A program made the translations under genes and the position numbers. Shown piece after piece: positions 1 to 10,100 of a stretch of DNA of 64,000 nt. Position 1 is the stretch's first letter; each line of letters starts with the position of its first letter. This stretch comes from Mytilus californianus. Taxonomy: Eukaryota. The stretch is from positions 73,656,001-73,720,000 of the forward strand of contig NW_026262690.1 in assembly GCF_021869535.1 (NCBI RefSeq), given 5' to 3'. Below the pieces are notes generated by a model that did no database searches, had not been told where the DNA came from, and saw nothing but the letters and a program-made list of their open reading frames with translations.

Positions 1-2486
1 TCTAGTTTTTGATCGGATAATTGTTTTGGCTACAAACAGCTAAAAATTGGCCTTTTTCCATATTTTTTAGAAGTGGTTATGTTTCTTGTACATCCTAGCT
101 AGACCTTTAAGGCATTATCTACGAATCAGACAAAACATTAAAGTAAGATAAGTCTTTTTGTTTCGAATATTTTTAAAAGCGATATATAGAAAGAATAAAG
201 TTATGTTGGTCCAATTTCGTCAATATAAGCTAAAACATTGTTCACTGACCAATGCATTATTGACTTGCAAGTCATCTCATGTGCATCCGTATGCATGCAA
301 ACTTTAACTTGACCCTTAGTGGAGATGTGTTGCACATGTTTTCAGTATGTTGTTAAGATTTTCATTCATAAAAAAAAGTATTGTCAACAGTGAAAAGAGA
401 AACAATGGAGCGAGCCATTTCGTAGTCTCACAACAAATAGTTAATCTTATACAGGTATAACGATTCTTTACAAATATGTTTAATCTATAACATGTAATCA
501 AACAGGCCTAGAAAAATCGCCATCATATGATTGCACGTTCTTGTCAGTCTATTCATATTTATAGTTATATTGTGTATTATGACCAGCGACAGTCTTCGGA
601 GGTCATCTCGATGGATGATTAGATGGTGTCAAGTCTAAAATACGCACACATTGCTGATATATTACAACAAGTCAATGTATGGTTAATCGTTTTGACTTTT
701 TTTTATCTGGATATATGTTTTACTATGTTATAAATCAAATATGAGATTTTCGGTAAGATCGGCGAACAGGCATTGGAGAACTAATGCCCTTTTAAGGCAC
801 CTGAATTCACAACGACAATTCTCTCATGCAATACGTCATATGAATTAGAAAATGACGAGTTGACTTTTTTATCCAAGATTTGTGTTCGTCGTGTGGAAAA
901 AATCTACATATATAGGTTTTCACAGTCGATAGAATATGTGTCCGTTATCTCCATAATAGACAGTGCTCATGTTTTCTCTTCTTTAACTTGAAACAGTAAC
1001 TTACATTCTTTGTTGTTTAATTTTCTGTTTTATATACTTCATGTACACCAAATCTCTATCATAGAGGAAATAAAGTTATATATATATGTACCTGATGTAT
1101 TTTACTGACTTATCAGTATCTTCGTTTGAGAAGTACCTTTGTTTTTTAATTCTTGATTACTTCAGACTTGTAATCCTTTCCTTATCATCAGACCCTTAAA
1201 AAATCATCATACATTGTTCCTTATTCGTACACGATTGTTGAAGACATTGTTTTTCGACCTATCGATGCATTTTATTAATATTATTTATTCATTAATTTTC
1301 ATGTAAAAAGGGGGATCTGAATGGAGTTGTAAAATTGACTATCATATTATACGCTAAACAAACCAAACCATCTTTTTTGTCACTTTTTATTCTGCAAACA
1401 TTTTAACAACAATAACAAGCAATCAAAGTATTAAACAATGACAACATTAAATAATATTATTAAGTTAAAGGAAATAGACGAATCATTAAGAAGGCAAGGC
1501 AATATATACATTTCTCTGCCATATATAAACACATGATATTTACAATGTAGCTGTTTAAAGAGACCTAAATTACGGGGTTCGAAAAATGTAACAATCTTTT
1601 CTATATTCTCATACATATTTTTATCGACCTATTGGTTTGTTCATAAAATACAACCGAAAGCTTACATATCAGCATGCAGTGAATACATAATCATTTATAC
1701 TTGCATAGATTTTTCACAATAAAATTGTGTTATTTGGAATATCAGTACTTCAAATTTAAAATTTTGATTGCAATTTTTTTCTTGAATCTAATTTGATTCG
1801 AACGTGCTATTGAGATCTAAATTTGACTGTACATGTACATGAATGATCCGATTTTAAAAATCAAACGAAAAACTAAAGAGACATTATACATTTATTTGCC
1901 CTGCCGTAGGGATAAAGATTTGTTCACCTAAGAACATTAATGTTTCCCAAGGCATCACCCGAGGGAAATATAACTTTTCGGGATGAACAAGTCTTCATAT
2001 ACCCATAAGCCAAGCAAAATTAATGATTTATTGAACTGCTTGTTCCGTTCATACTTTCTGAATATAAAATAATCATTTACATGCATTTTTTTCATATCCG
2101 CTTGCTTTTATAACTATAAATGGCGTTAACATCAAAATTAATTATTCATTCTATGACATGTTTTTTTTCTGTTTTAATTTTCTGTTTTAAATAAGTTTTA
2201 AGGCGGTGACCTACGATTGCTTGTATCTTCGTCATTGAACTCCGGTGGATAGTTGTCTTATAATATTTCAAAAACTGGAATCTGCCAATCTTTAATCAAA
2301 TTAATCAATCAATACACCTCTCCATTCAAATTGAGTTATACGGAACTCTTTTTGGAAAAGAACCTCAACCAAACAACACTATTATGACTACGGGATGATT
2401 CAATGTCAAATGAATACTTTACGACAACTCCCAAGCAATTACATTACTGCAATCACTCTTGAAAATCTGAAATTCATTTAAACAGT

Positions 2487-3581
2487 CTAAAATTGAACAT
2501 TCGGATGTGATCTTGACGGGTTTCGATTATAATGACTATTCGAGTTTGAATAGTTTGAGCCAGGCCTACCATGTATTCGATTAAACGTGGAGTCATGAGC
2601 ATAGCTTTTCGACACTGGGGTGCTATATACAGAAGGATCATGGTAATTGTCACGTGATCTTCTTGGAGATTCTGGTTGGTTATTCCTTCTGCTTATCTCA
2701 ACTTCTACGTTGACATCTAAAACTGGATCGAAATGATCATTTTTATTCGACAAATAAATTACTGGATATGTTATTTCTTGATGCGTCAGAGGTTTAAATG
2801 TTTGCCATCTGAATTCAATATTTCCTTTCACTCGGCATGGAAAATAAACTTCAATGACGGTCTTTAATAAAGTAGCTGCAGCTAAAATTTCGACATCCGT
2901 TGCCCATTCTCGAGGTCTTCTCATACTAGTTAAGTACTGATTCATGCCTCCTCGACTTAGTAAAAAAGTTCGATATAATTCAGGATTTTCTCCAACATGT
3001 TTAGTAATGAGTTCCCGAACGCGCAAATGCTCGTGCTCTGAACCAATTATACACATACTAATGGCACGAAAAAAACAATTTCCGTCTCCTTCAACAGAAA
3101 TAGTCTCCTTTGGGGCGGTTCTATCGTAAAAGTTTTTCATATGTCCAAACCTAAAGCTCTTTTCAACTTTTATTTTGAATTGTTCGGCTTTTTCTTTTTT
3201 CCACACCTCTGTAATAGGATAGAATACCCTTAAGGAACCTCTATCATCGTCTATTTTCTTCTTGGATGTATAATAGTCCTCGTTGTTCTCCTTTAATCTA
3301 GTCCGATCAACAGCAGCATCGTAACTGGTCCTTCCAGCAGTTGCCCTTAACGAGTCTATTCCGGCATCAAATGTAGATTTCCCAGGAGATATAGGTCCAA
3401 AAGGGTTATTCATTTCTGTTTTAGATGCATAAAAGTCATTGCTGTTCTCAGTATATCTCGTCCGATCGACCGCAGCATCGTAGCTGGTCCTCCCAGTATT
3501 TGCCCTTAACGTGTCTATTTCGGCATCAAATGTAAATGTAGTAGTTTTGCGAGGAGATTTAAATCCAAAAAGGTTATTCAT
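2487..3581 (-). CDS. OTU-domain cysteine protease / deubiquitinase-like protein, 364 aa, single coding exon
   Basis: Cys box EGDGNCFFRAIS, EWATDVEI motif and His box NDHFDPV. Twofold ~55-aa N-terminal repeat and S/R/N/H-rich tail. A splice acceptor (tcatttccag) at 3622-3621 implies an upstream non-coding exon. Confidence 0.85.
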   Translation of the reverse strand: MNNLFGFKSPRKTTTFTFDAEIDTLRANTGRTSYDAAVDRTRYTENSNDFYASKTEMNNPFGPISPGKSTFDAGIDSLRATAGRTSYDAAVDRTRLKENNEDYYTSKKKIDDDRGSLRVFYPITEVWKKEKAEQFKIKVEKSFRFGHMKNFYDRTAPKETISVEGDGNCFFRAISMCIIGSEHEHLRVRELITKHVGENPELYRTFLLSRGGMNQYLTSMRRPREWATDVEILAAATLLKTVIEVYFPCRVKGNIEFRWQTFKPLTHQEITYPVIYLSNKNDHFDPVLDVNVEVEISRRNNQPESPRRSRDNYHDPSVYSTPVSKSYAHDSTFNRIHGRPGSNYSNSNSHYNRNPSRSHPNVQF

Positions 3582-4026
3582 ACTCTGTTTTCTTGTCAGC
3601 CATTACATTTCGTTGGATAACTGGAAATGAAAAAAAAAATAGTAAAATTTGTTTAAAAATTTTGATCGAATGTTTAATTGTAAAGTTCATATAAATACAA
3701 GATCATTTTGTTTGTAAATAACTACAATTATGATGATCTATAAAGTCTGGCAAAACATGAACCTTGCTATTTATACAACAGTGGATATGTATTATGTACC
3801 AGTAAGGCATCTGAAGTTACTGACATGATTTCAGTAAAACTTTGACAAAATATAAAAACATAAAGCTATTTGTACATTCGTTTTCATATATTTTTAGGCA
3901 TAATGTTTCAAGCATCTCTCAGCAAAACACGGACTTTGAATCAAAGGACTTGTTTGGTCCTTTTCTATTATCTATTATCAATTGTCTCTGATATTACGTT
4001 TTGATTTTCAAATGATTTGGATTCCA

Positions 4027-4415
4027 GCATCGCGGAAGCAAAAAAGAGCTAGACATATTTTGTCGAAATGCTAATCTGGTGCAATTAATTTGGTACTATT
4101 GTATGTCTGTTATGACTACCAAAAGCAGACTCATCTGCTGGTTGACTGTTATTTCACGAGGATCTCGTCAGCGTATAAGTTCAGTACTTCAGTACTTGCA
4201 TGAAAACACAGATACTGTTCTACTATGGAAATCCTTTAAAATTAAGGCATGGACGTATCCCCTCATTCATAGCTCTATTTCCTTTCCAGACTTGGCAATA
4301 CGTTTCGATTATATCCGTACTTTAACGTTAATGCTATATTAAGGTTTTGTTTTTTCAATCAGTTTGGCCTAGCGCATCACTGAAAAGACATTTTTGTCGA
4401 AATACGATCTGGTGC
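4027..4415 (+). mobile_element. Degenerate retrozyme-like unit bounded by two type I hammerhead ribozyme motifs (4027-4082 and 4374-4415)
   Basis: Copy 2 reads GCATCA-CTGAAAA-GAC attttt GTC-GAAAT acg ATC-TGGTGC; copy 1 is the same motif with a 12-nt insertion. Cleavage triplets are 333 nt apart. Confidence 0.6.
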
Positions 4416-6040
4416 AGTAAAATTGATACTGTTTCATGTGATAACAGTCTATCAATTTGTCGATACTAAGATGAATTATGGATGCATGGTCCCGGCTTTA
4501 AATTTTACATGCATATCATAGCAGGACGATTATAGTGATATTACTTTCATATAAAACAGCTATGTTTTGTATCCAATCGACATAATTAGACAGGTCCATG
4601 CTGTTCAGAAGGAAGCAGTTTGCAAGACTCTCTATCTTACAAAAATGTCCAATTTACCAGTATTTTCTCTTATTCTTTAATACTGTGTGATAAGTTGAGA
4701 AAGGAGTCTATTGCAATTTAACATTGTTTTGGCTTGACCAAATCGGGGATCGAATCGATATTCTCCCTCATTTGAGACAAAGTCACTTACCCGAGGTCTC
4801 TGTCATATATATAGTTTATGTTTAATTTGAGAAAGTCTGGTTGTCACGGAATAGAAGTTCCTACATAATATAAGTTCCAAAAGGAAACAATATTCTGGAA
4901 TATTATTTCCACTGGAATAAATATTACAGTAAATGTTCCTAACGGAATAAATGGTATAGAGTATTTGTTCCAACAGGAACAGATATTATGACATTGTTTA
5001 TAACAAAGTTTCCAGTGGAACTTCAGTTAGGCGGAACAAATATACGTTGACAGTGCCATAAGAATATTTTTTTCGAGCTTTTCCGAAGTTTTAAGTGATT
5101 TGTAAGCATTGCATGATCATGTGACTCCGATTGTGGAAACATGCGACTTTGTTTTATATGTTGTTTATCAGCTGCTGTAAGAGAATATTCAAGACATCAT
5201 ACAAGTGTATTAATCTGTTTGTACTTAATCAATGAGTGTGACCCATAAAATGCGTATAGCAATGTCGTCATATTGATTTTTCCCTTCTACCAATGAAACC
5301 CGTTGCCCTATGGCGGTTTTGGTTGTTTTGTTTATGTCTTTTGGAAATTTATGCTTTCAAACGTTTTCTATTTTTGACTTTCCAAACTGTTTGTCTCAAG
5401 CGTACATTGTACATGATGAATGTTTTTCCATAACACATATTGAACTGAAGGAAATTGGTATCTGATCATGCTTTTTGTTTTGCTGCAATTGGATCGGCAC
5501 CACTGCTGATAGACTTACAGTCCCTAATTGTACAATCTATCATTTCGGCACTGGCATGATTATAATACCAATGCTTGATTTTGTTTGTCATGAAAATTAA
5601 CCGACGCAGTAAAAAAAATGTCTCTTCATTTCAGAAACCGACCGTGCTTAGCTTGTTTATGGTCATATCATTCGTCATGAAAATGCATGTTACCAGTGTA
5701 ATGAGAAATTAAGCAAACAACTGAATCAATTAACCAGGTGAACCAAGATCGAATGTTTACCCAAAACAATTCTATACTGAAACAATTCCGACTGCGACAA
5801 ACACCACTGACTGATATAATGGGTCTTACAACCTGACTGTGACAAACTCCTGTTTAAATTGGGTATTTGGCAACAGTTACACGAACTCCCATACAAATGG
5901 GACATTTATATCAGGTATTGAAAAGGTTTACACATAAAACTATTAACACATTAATGATGTAGGCAATATGTATAACTATTTCAAATTAAGTACATTCCAA
6001 TAAATTAAATGCTGCATCCGCCTAACAGGCTTTCCTATAC

Positions 6041-6258
6041 AAGGTTCTGGATGGGGATCCTTCATATCTTTTTAGACCATTTTTCTCTATTCCTTATTTA
6101 TGTTTACCCTTATTCTCTATTCTTTATATTTTAGCATCCCACTATTCTCTATTCTTTATTTTCTTAGCCTATTTTTCTCTATTCGTTATGTATGTTGCCC
6201 TGTATTCTGCACTTTTCCGCCCGCTATTCTCTACTCTGTAAACCCCACCCAGACCCTA
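6041..6258. mobile_element. 218-bp MITE with 16-bp imperfect TIRs and a 6-bp TSD (CTATAC)
   Basis: aaggttctggatgggg / ccccacccagacccta; CTATAC at 6035-6040 and 6259-6264; internal TTCTCTATTC repeats. Confidence 0.7.
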
Positions 6259-7086
6259 CTATACTTATAGATCTTTCCTGTACTTATAGATAAGAAATAT
6301 GCAGCGTGCAAATGTATCACTGGGGCCCACTTGAAGTTAACGTCTTAATTTAGATGTTCATAACAATAGTTTATCATGTGTTCCATGACAACCCTTCAGG
6401 TAATTAAGATCTAGTAAGAACACATCATTTATCAACCTTCAATAGGCACTGAAGTCCAGTAAAAACTGTAAACATGAAAAACTTGAAGAAAGGAGTAATG
6501 ATGTTGATTGACTAGTAGTAACCAACTTGAAGAAAAAAAACGAAACTAATATGCACCTAACTTTAGTACACGACAAAGCATTGATAGTTAAACATACTTA
6601 CATGTATTTTTAAAGTCCGTTATAGTGAAGTTATGTCATGTTGTGTTATTTTGAAAACCATATCGAAATTCAATAACTGAATGACGATTGCACAACTATT
6701 AATTTATAATTTAGTGAGTTGCCACTTCAGCTTAATATCTACAAAAATACTGTTATGGTGTTGAAAGTGCTTCCGCTGACTGCGCAGACGATTTAAATTT
6801 GAAAAGATATGCTTAGACATGACTTAAAAGGAATTTAAATCTGTATTCTTAATGACATTGTTTTACCTTTTTTATACCTGAATAACCGATCAATAAATCA
6901 ATTTATGTAACAATCGTGGTATTCTTTAATCCAATATTAGGTTAACCTGATATAAGCTGGCGATAAAAGGTTTATTTCATGCTATTTAAAGTAATATTAA
7001 TGACTTTTTAACCGACTGTCGATAGTTTTCCGGAGCTAAGTTGTAGTCCAAATCCGTCGACCTATTTTCGAGTTACAAAATCCAAG

Positions 7087-7138
7087 ATGTCAGCCCCCAT
7101 TAGTCACATTGTTTTTGATGTTGATGGGCTTCTACTGG
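7087..7138 (+). CDS. PUDP: PUDP first coding exon, copy a ([17 protein letters not shown])
   Basis: aaaatccaagATG start, HAD motif I, donor G|gtatga in phase 1. Confidence 0.8.
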
Positions 7139-10100
7139 GTATGACTTTATATTGTATACAGAAAAAGTTTACCTGAAAGGAAATATGCCTAGTTTATAAT
7201 ATTATGACTATGAAAATGTTTTTATAACTGCAACCAATTAAAGTGTTTGAGTTGGGCCTTAGAAGGGTCTTAGGGCTGTTGAACTGTTGAATGACAGAAA
7301 CAGGATGACTTGACCCCACAAAGACGAAGTTTCTATAATAAATCCCATATTACTTTCCTGATTTACCTTTTAGTCGAAAATACACCACTGTCGAATTTCA
7401 AAGAAGCATATGTTAATGCCTTTTCATGTATTACAGTGTTCTCTCTGTGTCTTCTAGCATCATGGTAGTGTGTACTGCAGCCTGGTAGCTTTGGAACAGT
7501 AGCCTCTTATGGTCCTTGTGTTCTTATTTTGTGTGGTTCACAATTACAAAAAAAAATCAAAAAAAATCACAAGGACCATAAGAGCTATGGTACTGCATGA
7601 GTGCATCTTGATAATGTGATGCTACATACATTTTGTATCTGAAATGATTTTCTTATTTAAGATTCTGTTATGGATGCCATGCTATATTTCTTAAAAAAAA
7701 GATGGAATTTCAAATATTTCTGTTTAACCATGTTAACCGGATGCAACATGTACATTAAATTTATAGGGTACATTTATGGTGATGAACATGATGAAATCAA
7801 CACAAGGCATTTCATCAAACATGATGAAATCATTCAAAACAAGTCATTTCATAAACAAATATTGAAATCAAAACAAGACACTTCATCAGAATGAGACAAA
7901 AACGCAAATTTTCTGAATCCCACTCTTAGTTTTGATATTCAAGTAGTCCAGATCAGGGACCTATTTAAATTAAAAATCCAAGATGTCTTCTACCATAAGC
8001 CACATTATTTTCGATGTTGATGGGCTTCTACTAGGTAGGTTTTCTAACTTATATACTGTAAAAGTACATATATTTTTAATTTTATATGTCAAGAATTATT
8101 GCTGTCTGATTTAACTTGACTTAGTTTACAAAATACAAGGTTTACCATTAACTTTTTTAACAACTTAATCATAATAATTTAAAATCAGAATACATGTACC
8201 ACTTGTCCAAATTTTGTATATGTGCCTTAATAAGAAATTTCTAAACTGCCTGTTTATGTACAGAAAATCAATTTCTTATGTTAATAATAATAATGACTTT
8301 ATTTAACATGTTTAAAGAGGGTGACTCAATTAGAATTCACTAATCTACCTTGAGGCCCTCACAAAAAACATACAGAACAAGTATTACAAATATACAATTT
8401 TTTAACATATAATTCAACTTGCATGCTGAATGATTGTCTGTAGATCAAGAAAAACTAGTCTTATTTCTCCGAAAGACCACTTAAAAGTTTCCATTAAGCT
8501 GCCATGCTCATCTCCAGGATTGATACTGATCTGGTTTTGCGCAAGAATACAGAAATTGATTTTACACTTCCATGTTTTTCCACTTCAGCGTTTTAGACCC
8601 ATGTATAATAAGTGAGGTTATAGATTGATGTTTGATTTTAATTTCTCATGTGTTCCCATTATTTATTAGACTTTGTCATAATTGTTTTTAAATGATTTTG
8701 GTGTGTCATTTTTTTCTTCCAAAATTGGTTAAAACTATCTTCCTATTCACATTTGTTTACTTTTTCTTCCATTACTGGATTTTATTCTAGCTTTACTTTT
8801 ATATATTTTTTTAATCTTAAAAAACATTTGTCTCTCTTCTTTATCTTTATCATGATTATAAGACAGATTGAAAAAAGAGAAAATAAGAAACATTAATCTT
8901 TTTTATTATTTCAGATACAGAAAAGCTGTATACACAGATTACACAAGGCATTGTATCTAAATATGGCAAGAATTTTACATGGGCAATCAAATGTCGTCAA
9001 ATGGGGAAGAAAGAAACTGAAGCATCAAAGATAATCATTGGTATTTCATACTTAATGTTTTACATTCAATGCTATTTAGTCAGTTATAATAATTATCATC
9101 TTTATTTCAAGAGGGTAAGCTCAATTAGTACAAACATTATTTTTCCCATGAAGCTCTCACATTCCACTCACAATAGATCACACAACATTTTACATAACCA
9201 AGATAACATTATAATTTATACAGTAGAAATGGTCAATATAAAGTACATTCATTTGATAATTCCTGGATTATCCAGTAAAAACTTGAAAGAAACAATTTGA
9301 TTTTAAAGTATTTCTATTTATATTCAAACCACCTCCTCCCACCTCCTTAGTCCCCCCCCCCCCCCCCCCAAAAAAAACACCAAAAAACAAAAAAAAAACT
9401 AAATAAACAAGCATTCATAGCAATACATAGTCCCCTACCGGGTAAAAAATCATTATACTGGAACAAAATGCTAATTTGTTCTATAACTTGTCATGGTGTA
9501 AACAAAAAGAAAATATCAAGTCAATGTCTTCAAGCATGACTAAAAACAGTGTGGAAAACTGAATATATGAGTGAATTTTTCAAGTCCAAGGACCATAACT
9601 CTGCACTAAATTATCAGACTGAAACAAAAATTGAACTTGATCTGTAACTTGTCATGATAAAACTATATACCAATCATGCCAATTGTCAATCAATATCTTC
9701 AAGCATGATAAAAAAAAGTGTGGAAAACCTATAACACTCTAACATTAGATATGATTAATAGTTCTCTAAAATTAGATATGATGTAATACAATGTATATCT
9801 ATTTTCAAATTACAATCAAATATAATTAATAGTTCCAAATATTTTTTCTTTCATTTGTCACAAACTAATATAGATTTGTAACTTATCTATAAAATGTTGA
9901 CAACTTTTATCTACACAATGTAATGTAATGAAATATATACCTTAATGAAAATAGATTCTTATCTAATTAAAGGATTTCACTTAATAAAAAATATATATAT
10001 GTATATGTTGTGTACAAGTTGTCATGTTGTACAAATTATAATTTGTACAGATTTTTTGTACAAGTTATCAGTGTTTTATGAACCGCTTAACACAAATGGA

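Noticed and set aside
316-1616. Short AT-rich ORFs, also at 4079, 7670, 8430, 12685, 14798, 20122, 22393, 23935, 25420, 30824 and others
   Set aside because: Length and composition are as expected by chance in AT-rich introns, with no motifs
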